From NCBI GenBank assembly GCA_036918135.1, contig JBALDB010000028.1, forward strand, positions 1 to 64,000: 64,000 nt of DNA, in the 5' to 3' direction. Every line of letters starts with the position of its first letter. The first letter of the stretch is position 1. This DNA is from Nostoc sp. (GTDB taxonomy: Bacteria; Cyanobacteriota; Cyanobacteriia; Cyanobacteriales; Nostocaceae). The notes below the pieces were generated by a model, which was not told the DNA's origin, made no database searches, and was given only the letters and a program-made list of their open reading frames with translations. This document shows positions 11,000-18,728 of the stretch, piece after piece. The position numbers and the translations under genes were made by a program.

Positions 11000-11129
11000 T
11001 AGGTAATCTTGATGAATAAAAACGAAATAGCTGGTTCAGTATGCTATTACGGCTCATATAGAGTCTTATTCATCTGTTTTTAGGGATTTAATATTGACTG
11101 CTGACTGTAGAAGTCAGAATGCCTACCTA
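11000..11129 (+). promoter_or_regulatory. Structured 5' leader resembling an atypical or truncated cobalamin riboswitch
   Basis: Stems GATGAATAA/TTATTCATC, AATAGC/GCTATT, GGCTC/GAGTC and CTGACT/AGTCAG. AGGGA...ACTG...ACTGTA...AGTCAGAATGCCTACC resembles the B12-box 3' end. Lies directly upstream of cbtB. Confidence 0.45.
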
Positions 11130-11166
11130 ATCAATCATTAATATCGTTTTATCTACGAGGTACAAA

Positions 11167-11358
11167 ATGACAGTTCAATCTTCTAGTTCTATTCAGCAAC
11201 AAGTCACTCGTCAAGTGCTATCAGTACCTGTACAATCAGCACTCTATGTTGCACTATGTTCTTTGACTTTGTGGACAATTTATTTCAGTACATACCCTGC
11301 TATCCATGACACAACTCATACTCTGCGTCACCACACACTGATGGTAAGTTGCCATTAG
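11167..11358 (+). CDS. cbtB: CbtB-domain protein (putative cobalt transporter subunit)
   Basis: Single TM helix followed by AIHDTTHTLRHHTLMVSCH, matching the CbtB HDxxHDxRH...CH C-terminus. Confidence 0.85.
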   Translation: MTVQSSSSIQQQVTRQVLSVPVQSALYVALCSLTLWTIYFSTYPAIHDTTHTLRHHTLMVSCH

Positions 11359-11384
11359 TTGATTGAGTCGATGATTAGCAGGAG

Positions 11385-12611
11385 TTGAGAAATCAAATGA
11401 CTTTATTTAAGTGGTCTAAGCTGATCGGTGCGATTTGCGCGATCGCAATTATCCTGTATGGTTCGATCGGGCTTTCTCAATCCCCTCAACCATCGGTGCG
11501 GCTAACAACTAATCCACCGATTGATCGGGTTCGACCCCTTGAAGCTGAAGCCACCACAGTATTGGGTTCGGGGCACTACAATCCGCCAGTACAGCTGATG
11601 CTGCAAGCCTTCGATGCTCAAGGGCAATCTTTAAAGAATGCCAAAATCCACTTGCAATTGTTCACCAATCCTAAAAACCCCTGGTTTACAACAGATTTTC
11701 CAATTGTTGAAGGAACAAAATTACTAGACATTGAGGGCAATGCACCAACAGGTCAGTTGCAGGTTGAACAAACCCTGCCAATCCGGGGAACATATCAACT
11801 CTTGGTAGCAGTTACTCCGCTAGTTGCCAATGCGTTTGAGCCAATTCAGCAAAAGCTGACACTGACGCTGCCTGAAAATCCCTTAAAGTTCCGCTACTTT
11901 GGTATCCTGGTTGTAATTTTGCTCTTGGTTGGGCTACTAGGCGGTTGGGTGATTGGCGGCAGACAAGCGATTCAACCAGGAGAAATTGCCCCCCAACAGG
12001 TGCGATTATTGTTGAGTGGATTGATTGTGGTTGCGATCGCTGCGCTTGTGTTCGTCAACATCAGCGCTGAACTTGCCGAATCGCATCATATGTCGATGTC
12101 AGAAATGGCAGAAGAAGTTCCGCCCTCTAGTAAGCCCGCTAAGTTAGAGTCTCAAGGACTTTATGTGCAACTATCAGGTGATCAGAGTGCAACGGTGGGT
12201 CAACCTGCTAAGTTGCAGGTTAGCGTCAGCGATCCCAAAACTAGCCAACCTGTGACAGATGTGGTGTTAAAGCTAACAACCACCCAACTCGAAAATAATT
12301 GGGTGGCATTTGCTTATGAAGGTACTCCAGACAGCAATGGAAAATTAACGTGGGAGCAGGAGTTCTTTGACGGTGCCCCGCATAGGATTGTTGTCGAAGT
12401 TGCACCGCAAGCAAATGCTAATCGGCAATTTCAGCCATTCCAAGTTGCAGAGAATATACCAGTTGAAGGTGTCGCACCGCCGATGTCTGTCCGGTTGATT
12501 TCGCTAACTTACTTCACAGCAATTGTGGTAATTGGTTTGCTGCTAGGACTGTGGCTGCGACATCGGCAGACTCCGCGTAACAATTTAACTTGGAAACGTA
12601 GTGTTTCCTAA
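11385..12611 (+). CDS. Hypothetical membrane protein with two soluble beta-rich domains and a His/Met patch
   Basis: Signal peptide, soluble domain, two TMs, ESHHMSMSEM, second soluble domain, C-terminal TM. Follows cbtB by 26 bp; start is TTG 11385 or ATG 11397. Confidence 0.8.
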   Translation: MRNQMTLFKWSKLIGAICAIAIILYGSIGLSQSPQPSVRLTTNPPIDRVRPLEAEATTVLGSGHYNPPVQLMLQAFDAQGQSLKNAKIHLQLFTNPKNPWFTTDFPIVEGTKLLDIEGNAPTGQLQVEQTLPIRGTYQLLVAVTPLVANAFEPIQQKLTLTLPENPLKFRYFGILVVILLLVGLLGGWVIGGRQAIQPGEIAPQQVRLLLSGLIVVAIAALVFVNISAELAESHHMSMSEMAEEVPPSSKPAKLESQGLYVQLSGDQSATVGQPAKLQVSVSDPKTSQPVTDVVLKLTTTQLENNWVAFAYEGTPDSNGKLTWEQEFFDGAPHRIVVEVAPQANANRQFQPFQVAENIPVEGVAPPMSVRLISLTYFTAIVVIGLLLGLWLRHRQTPRNNLTWKRSVS

Positions 12612-12705
12612 ATCAGTGTCAACGGGCTTTATTACTGTGCCATTTGGTTGTAAATACATTTGCCCTTAGTTTCTTTATTCAATGACCGAACAAACTCATA
12701 GCCTA

Positions 12706-12747
12706 AAATCCATGTCGGATACCATTGATTATTCGACATGGATTTTT
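12706..12747. terminator. Hairpin, probable intrinsic terminator
   Basis: AAAATCCATGTCGGA...TTCGACATGGATTTTT. Confidence 0.6.
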
Positions 12748-12881
12748 ATAGTAGGAGGCAGGAGAAAGAAGGCAGGTAAAACTATTACTGTTGCTAGCAT
12801 TCACGCTAGTCATTATGTTCTAAAGGGTGTGACTACAGCTATATGAATACAGTATGAGAAATTGAACCTTGTAATTTATCC

Positions 12882-13283
12882 ATGAATCATCAACACATTA
12901 TATTTGTCTGCACAATCTGTGGAAGTAGCGATCGCACAAAACAGGATGTTGTTAAAAGCGGCGGCGAACAGCTTTTAGAGAAACTACAAACTCAATATCA
13001 TGATTGGATGTTGCAAGACGAGTTCTCGATTCAACCCGTTGAATGCATGGGTGTTTGTGACCAGGCTTGTGCAATTGCTTTCGTCTGTTTTAACAAACAC
13101 ACTTACTTATTCGGTGATTTGCCTGGTGATACTGAATGTGTAGAGAATACAGCAACAGCCGTACTTGAATGTGCTAGTCAGTATCACGCCAAGCCGGATG
13201 GTTTACTTCCCTATGCCAAGCGCCCTGAACTGCTCAGAGCCGGAGCGATCGCTCGCATTCCACCTCTACCGCCATGTCAATAA
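12882..13283 (+). CDS. DUF1636 family predicted metal-binding protein
   Basis: IFVCTIC, VECMGVCDQACAIAF, YLFGDL, DGLLPYAKRPELLR..IARIPP. Confidence 0.88.
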   Translation: MNHQHIIFVCTICGSSDRTKQDVVKSGGEQLLEKLQTQYHDWMLQDEFSIQPVECMGVCDQACAIAFVCFNKHTYLFGDLPGDTECVENTATAVLECASQYHAKPDGLLPYAKRPELLRAGAIARIPPLPPCQ

Positions 13284-13383
13284 ACAATGTGTACTTACAA
13301 AACGCTGTAAATACTTACACCTTGTCAATAATTTATTGCTGCCATTTAGTTCTTAAATACTATGAGTTGCATTATTTATAATT

Positions 13384-13601
13384 CAATACGCTTGGTATTA
13401 GAGCCAAAAATCTTAACCTGCGTAAGTTAAGGAGCTACTGCGTAGGGCGGGTTTCCCATGCCACTTGCTACAACGGGGGGAAAATACGCAAGGCAATGGC
13501 TCGACTTGTTCGCTTTTAGTATTCCCGTAAAGTAACCCAACATTTTTTAGGGTTTGTTGAGTTTGACTTTGTACCTCTACGGGCTTGAATGAACCGTATT
13601 G
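13384..13601. mobile_element. MITE (218 bp) with a 10-bp target-site duplication
   Basis: Terminal inverted repeats CAATACG.../...CGTATTG. Exact ATTTATAATT at 13374-13383 and 13602-13611. Confidence 0.8.
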
Positions 13602-13623
13602 ATTTATAATTTAAATAGAAGCA

Positions 13624-13642
13624 ATTGCAAATAATTTTCAAT
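13624..13642. promoter_or_regulatory. Putative Fur box
   Basis: ATTGCAAATAATTTTCAAT, a 19-bp imperfect palindrome matching ATTGANAATNATTNTCAAT, 25 bp upstream of the oxidase-FTR1 cluster. Confidence 0.6.
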
Positions 13643-13667
13643 TTTTTGGTGCTAACTGTTTAATGTC

Positions 13668-14693
13668 ATGCCCAACAACTTAGCTCTGGGTAAAGAGCAA
13701 CTTTGGAGTCGCCGTCAATTACTAAAGCTGGGCTTAGCAGGAGTGGGAGTAACTGGTATAGCCGGACTTTGGCAAATGCTGAATCTACAAAGTCAGTCAA
13801 TCGTCAAAGTACCGCCACTCGATATGGAAGCATCAGACGACGCTGCTAACCCGGTGAAGATGCTGAGGGATTTTGATTATGGAACGGTGAAGCAAGAAAA
13901 TGGACGTACTGTCCGAGAATTTCAGTTAACTGCTGGTACTTCCATCATCCAACTCAATAGTGCTGTCTCTTATAACATCTGGGATTTAAACGGTCGCATA
14001 CCAGGGCCAACGCTACGAGCAAAACAAGGCGATCGCGTACGAGTGCTTTTTCTCAATAACGCCGGACATTCTCACTCTTTGCATTTTCATGGGGTTCATC
14101 CGGCAGAAATGGATGGTGTTCGTCCAGTCAGCAATGGGAAAGCCACAATTTATGAATTTGATGCTGAACCATATGGCGTTCACTTATACCACTGTCATAT
14201 TGAACCAGTTACTCGTCACATCGCTAAGGGACTCTATGGGATGTTCATCATCGATCCACCTACTCCTCGTCCCCCAGCTGACGAAATCGTACTAGTGATG
14301 TCTGGGTACGACGTGAATGACGATAGCCATAATGATTATTACGCCTTCAACGGCCAGCCTCATCATTTCATGCATCATCCCATTCCTATTTATCAAAATC
14401 AGTTGATTCGGCTGTATGTCCTCAACATCATTGAATACGATCCGGCAGTCACCTTTCACCTCCACGCCAACTTCTTTGATGTCTATCGCTACGGCATGAG
14501 TATGACTCCTAGCGAAAAAACAGATGTGATTACAATGGGTATCGCCGAAAGGCACATTTTGGAATTTGCTTTTCGTTATCCAGGTAAATATATGTTTCAT
14601 CCCCATCAGGATGCGATCGCCGAAAACGGTTGCATGGGCCAATTTGAAGTAATTGCTCAGAGCAAGTCTGGCAAAAGTGTTAACAACTCATAA
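13668..14693 (+). CDS. Tat-exported two-domain multicopper oxidase
   Basis: SRRQLLK Tat motif; HSHSLHFHG, YHCHIEPVTRHIAKGL, FHLHAN and MFHPHQ copper motifs. Confidence 0.92.
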   Translation: MPNNLALGKEQLWSRRQLLKLGLAGVGVTGIAGLWQMLNLQSQSIVKVPPLDMEASDDAANPVKMLRDFDYGTVKQENGRTVREFQLTAGTSIIQLNSAVSYNIWDLNGRIPGPTLRAKQGDRVRVLFLNNAGHSHSLHFHGVHPAEMDGVRPVSNGKATIYEFDAEPYGVHLYHCHIEPVTRHIAKGLYGMFIIDPPTPRPPADEIVLVMSGYDVNDDSHNDYYAFNGQPHHFMHHPIPIYQNQLIRLYVLNIIEYDPAVTFHLHANFFDVYRYGMSMTPSEKTDVITMGIAERHILEFAFRYPGKYMFHPHQDAIAENGCMGQFEVIAQSKSGKSVNNS

Positions 14694-14891
14694 CAAAATT
14701 ATCAGTAATCCCTAGTCAAGTTAAGCACAAAGTACGTAATTCATAATTAATAAAATTTTAAATCAAATAGTTGATAAAAAATATCATTATATGCGAAAGT
14801 AAAATCTATGACAATTTGTCAAACAAACTATTTTTTAGTAATAGTTTGCAGCATTTGAACCAATACCTTTTAAATTGTGCGAGGAGCAGAA

Positions 14892-15923
14892 ATGAAAAAA
14901 TTTCGCTACATCTGTTTAACAGTGGCAGCTGCGGCAATAGTTACTTTAAGTTCTTGTAGCAGTACACCAACCGCAGAAAACCCCTCAGCACCCAATACTA
15001 GCCCCCAAGCTACAGAGGCAGTAAGTAATAGCAATCATAGCGGTCATGGTAGCAAAGAAAAGATTAACATTAATTCTGCTATCTTGTCAGAATTAGATAA
15101 ATTTGAAGCCAAGTTAGGTATACCAGCTTTATCTAATAAAATTCAGGCAAATCGCCCTTATGGCAGTCCACAAGATTTAGTTACTAAAAAAGTAATTACT
15201 CAAGAGCAGTTCGACAAAATAAAAGACCAAGTTAGCGTTCAAGAAGTGGTGCTAACAGGTGAGGCAAAAGATGTTGACTATATGTCTAAATTAGGCTTAA
15301 TGAAAGGGCATCTTTTAGTAGCACAAGAACTTCTAGAGCAAAATCAGCCGAAACAGGCAGAACCTCATATTGGGCATCCAGTTGAGGAGATTTACGTTGA
15401 CGTAGAAGACCAACTTAATGAACGCAAAGTTAAAGAATTTAAAACAACTTTGGTGAGTTTGCAAGATTTAGTGAAATCTAATCCGAAGGATAGCAAAGTT
15501 AAAACTAATTTTACTTCTTCAGTGCAAGCAGTAGATTCCGCGATCGCAGCATTACCACCAGCTGAGCGTTCAAAACCAGGATTTGTATTACAGGTAATTA
15601 ATGAGTTACTAGATTCAGCGAACTCAGAATATGGCGCAGCGATCGCAAATGGCAAAATATCCGCAGCAATAGAGTATCAAGACTCTCGAGGATTTGTCAT
15701 TTATGCCAATGAATTATACAAAGGAATTACTAGCCAAGTAGCTCAACAAGATGTCGAAGCAGATAAAGCGATTAATGCTACTTTTGCTGAACTGATAAAA
15801 GTTTGGCCTGCTGCCATTCCACCAGCTAAACCAGTCAAGACTCCAGAGGATGTTACCAAGTTGGTGAAAACGATTGAGGAAAACTCTCAAAAAGTAATTG
15901 ATAAATCCAGTTCCCAAGTATAG
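14892..15923 (+). CDS. Lipoprotein with helix-hairpin-helix (PsbU/ComEA-like) domain and helical metal-binding-like domain
   Basis: Lipobox LSSC; KININSA...IQANRPY..QDLV; MKGHLLVA..AEPHIGHPVEEIY; EYQDSRGF. Confidence 0.8.
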   Translation: MKKFRYICLTVAAAAIVTLSSCSSTPTAENPSAPNTSPQATEAVSNSNHSGHGSKEKININSAILSELDKFEAKLGIPALSNKIQANRPYGSPQDLVTKKVITQEQFDKIKDQVSVQEVVLTGEAKDVDYMSKLGLMKGHLLVAQELLEQNQPKQAEPHIGHPVEEIYVDVEDQLNERKVKEFKTTLVSLQDLVKSNPKDSKVKTNFTSSVQAVDSAIAALPPAERSKPGFVLQVINELLDSANSEYGAAIANGKISAAIEYQDSRGFVIYANELYKGITSQVAQQDVEADKAINATFAELIKVWPAAIPPAKPVKTPEDVTKLVKTIEENSQKVIDKSSSQV

Positions 15924-16112
15924 CGATTATATTTTGATTTAATGGGAAGCATAGTCTCAGGAGTTTAAAATGAGGAAATAGTTAAGAGTTAAGAGTTAAA
16001 AGTTAGGAGTTAAAAGTTAAAATTTTAAAAATTCTCAACTCCTAACTACCTAATTCTCAACTTCCTAACTCCTAACTAACTGTACTCTATTTGTCACTTT
16101 GACTAACAACTG

Positions 16113-16547
16113 ATGCAAGAACTCGATCAGAAAAAAACCATTGACCTGCTGAATGCCATCATGGAATTTGAATTAGCAGGAGTAGTACGCTATACACATT
16201 ATTCCTTGATGGTGACTGGTCCTAATCGCATTCCCATCGTGGCTTTCTTCAAAGCACAAGCAAGCGAATCTTTACTTCATGCCGAACAAGTAGGAGAGAT
16301 TCTCACAGGTTTAGATGGGCATCCCTCCTTAAAAATTGCTCCAATGGAAGAAACCTATAAGCATACAGTCAAAGATATTTTGGCAGAAAGCTTATCGCAT
16401 GAAAAGAAGGCATTGGATCTGTATAAAACTCTCCTTGAAACTGTCAATAATGCCAGCGTTTATTTAGAAGAATTTGCTCGCGGCATGATTGGACAAGAAG
16501 AGATGCATAATCTCGAACTGAAAAAGATGTTACGCGATTTTAGTTAA
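16113..16547 (+). CDS. Bacterioferritin-like (ferritin superfamily) protein
   Basis: LNAIMEFELAGVVRYTHY, ESLLHAE, HEKKALDLY, QEEMH four-helix ferritin pattern. Confidence 0.85.
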   Translation: MQELDQKKTIDLLNAIMEFELAGVVRYTHYSLMVTGPNRIPIVAFFKAQASESLLHAEQVGEILTGLDGHPSLKIAPMEETYKHTVKDILAESLSHEKKALDLYKTLLETVNNASVYLEEFARGMIGQEEMHNLELKKMLRDFS

Positions 16548-16563
16548 TAGTCATTGGTCATTA

Positions 16564-16947
16564 GTAGAGACGCGACGCCAGTCGCTACAACGGGGGGAAC
16601 CCCCGCAACGCGCTAGCTCATTAATCGCGTCTATTATTAGTCATTAGTCAAAAACAAACGACTAATGACACACAAAGTCACGACTTGGAGGTTCCTCCGA
16701 ACAGACGCGACTAAAAAAGCTGGGAAACCGTCTAATGTAGTGGCTCAACGGCAGTTCCTTTAAGCGGGGGAAAACAGCCAACGGACTACCTTAACTTTGT
16801 AACAGAGGACAAAAGGCAAATGACTAATGACACGCAAAGTCTGAGCCGAGGTTTGCTTTGAACAGATGGCAGTTCCTTTAAGCGGGGGAACCCCGCCAAC
16901 GGACTGCCTCAACTTTGTAAGAAAGGACAAACGACAAAGGACAAAAG
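16564..16947. repeat. Cluster of nested small dispersed repeats, REP-like palindromes and STRR heptamers
   Basis: GTAGAGACGCGA...TTAATCGCGTCT interrupted by a 44-bp GGGGGGAACCCCC hairpin element. Two CAAAGTC...AACTTTG elements with similar inserts. GACAAAG and TAATGAC heptamers. Confidence 0.75.
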
Positions 16948-17916
16948 ATGAATTTTACCACTGCTCTACCTACTTTTGTGATTACACTCCGAGAAGGAGT
17001 GGAAGCTGCGCTTGTTGTAGGAATTGTGCTAGCTTTGCTTGAAAAAGCTAAAAAATCCCGACTGAATTCTTGGGTATATGCTGGTGTCGCCGTTGGGATT
17101 GCGATTAGTGCCTTGATAGGTGTGCTATTCAGTTGGATAATTCAAGTAGTGGGGGCTGCTAATCCTCAATACACTTCCGTAGTTGAACCAGCCTTAGAAG
17201 GTGTGTTTAGTGTATTAGCGATCGCAATGCTCAGCTGGATGCTTATCTGGATGACTCAACAAGCTAGATTTATGAAAGCGCAGGTTGAAGGAGCAGTTAC
17301 CCAAGCACTGACACGAAACTCAAATGCGGGTTGGGGCGTTTTTAGTTTAGTTTTTATTGCTGTTGTTCGTGAAGGCTTTGAAACAGTTCTGTTTATTGCT
17401 GCTAACTTTCAACAAGGATTAGTACCTAGCATTGGCGCACTTGCAGGTTTAGGAGTGGCGATCGCTATAGGTGTGCTTTTATTTAAATGGGGCATTAAGA
17501 TTAACATCCGCCAATTTTTCCAAGTAATGGGCGTTTTATTAGTCTTGATTGTTGCTGGCTTAGTAGTTTCAGCTTTGAAAAATTTTGATGATGCTGTGGC
17601 TAACTTTGCCCTCAGCAGTCGTGCTACCCAAAGCCTTTGTTTCTATTACGAACGCTTTACTAAAATCCATTCCTGTATTTTGGGGCCAATGGTTTCAAAT
17701 ACTTCTGCAATTTTGCCTGACGAACAGTTTCCTGGGATTATTCTCAAATCTTTATTTGGCTATAGCGATAATATTTATCTTGTGCAAGCCGTAAGCTATG
17801 TAGCCTTTTTACTCATCGTTGGCGGACTATATTTCCGCAGTCTTGGAGGTGGCTTTTCTGATAATAAAAAGAATATCCTATCTCGTCAAAAGCCAATTAC
17901 TTATACAAAAGATTAA
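16948..17916 (+). CDS. FTR1 family iron permease
   Basis: Two RExxE motifs (LREGVEAAL, VREGFETVLF) and several TM helices. Confidence 0.93.
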   Translation: MNFTTALPTFVITLREGVEAALVVGIVLALLEKAKKSRLNSWVYAGVAVGIAISALIGVLFSWIIQVVGAANPQYTSVVEPALEGVFSVLAIAMLSWMLIWMTQQARFMKAQVEGAVTQALTRNSNAGWGVFSLVFIAVVREGFETVLFIAANFQQGLVPSIGALAGLGVAIAIGVLLFKWGIKINIRQFFQVMGVLLVLIVAGLVVSALKNFDDAVANFALSSRATQSLCFYYERFTKIHSCILGPMVSNTSAILPDEQFPGIILKSLFGYSDNIYLVQAVSYVAFLLIVGGLYFRSLGGGFSDNKKNILSRQKPITYTKD

Positions 17917-17939
17917 AAGAATATTTAGCGAACACTTAA

Positions 17940-18064
17940 TACAGCAGTTTTCGTTTACATGAAGTACAAAGTTATAGGTTTTGAGGCAGGAGGCAGAAGG
18001 GATAAAGAATAATTAGAGTTTTGAATTCTCAGTTTTGTACCTCATAAACCTGCAATACGCTGTA
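17940..18064. mobile_element. MITE, copy 1 (TA-flanked, TACAGC...GCTGTA ends)
   Basis: Shares TACAGCAGTTTTC.TTT.CATGAAGTACAAAGTTA..GGTTTTGAGGCAG and TTTTGTACCTCA...TGCAAT..GCTGTA with 43686-43822. Confidence 0.75.
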
Positions 18065-18150
18065 TTTCTCTGAACTCTCATCTCTACACTGCTTACAAGA
18101 CGCCAGGGAAAGTCTCATAGGAGATGTTGTACTGGGAATAGGGCTACTAA

Positions 18151-18205
18151 AAAGCCCCCACTATAGCGACTAAGCCAAGCGAGTCGTTTAATGGGGGTAG
18201 TTTAC
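18151..18205 (+). mobile_element. IS200/IS605-type right-end remnant
   Basis: AAGCCCCCACTATAG...TAATGGGGGTAGTTTAC: a subterminal hairpin followed by a GTAGTT(T/C)AC terminus. No transposase nearby. Confidence 0.5.
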
Positions 18206-18351
18206 ATTGTAATATTACCGTTAAACAGGTTTTCGTGTCAGTGGATGTAACCTTCGCATACCTTTGTTCCTAATGATGATGTTTGTACCATCTATCCACC
18301 AAACATAATCCAAAGCCAAACCTAAATAATTAACAAGTTGCCTAATGACAA

Positions 18352-18606
18352 ATGACAAAAAAACAAAAATTTCCTTACTTACTTGGTTCTAAGTGGACAG
18401 CACAGCAAGAAGTAGACGGATGGAGACACTTCCAAGTAGTCAACCGTAAAAATCAAGGTAAGTGGGTGTACGCTGAAATGGTGGCTGCCTGCGATTCTAA
18501 AGTTCGTTTCTGGATAAATGCCAAATTATTACAAGATAACTCTCAGTGGCAAGCTGGCTGGCAAACATTACAGGAAATCAAGGAATTAGAAGATAATGTG
18601 TCTTGA
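18352..18606 (+). CDS. TIGR02450 family Trp-rich protein
   Basis: LLGSKWTAQQ..GWRHFQVV, RFWINAKLL..WQAGW. Confidence 0.88.
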   Translation: MTKKQKFPYLLGSKWTAQQEVDGWRHFQVVNRKNQGKWVYAEMVAACDSKVRFWINAKLLQDNSQWQAGWQTLQEIKELEDNVS

Positions 18607-18728
18607 TTGCTTCAAACAGATAAACTGAGATTCATCTCAAGTAGCATATGTCTTTAGGTTACTTGACATGTTAACTAATGTTTGATTTGGCATTAATGGG
18701 GCAATTTAAACGATCGCAAATTTCACGC

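Noticed and set aside
16640..16947. CRISPR array
   Set aside because: Repeats are degenerate, nested and irregularly spaced, with no unique spacers and no cas genes.
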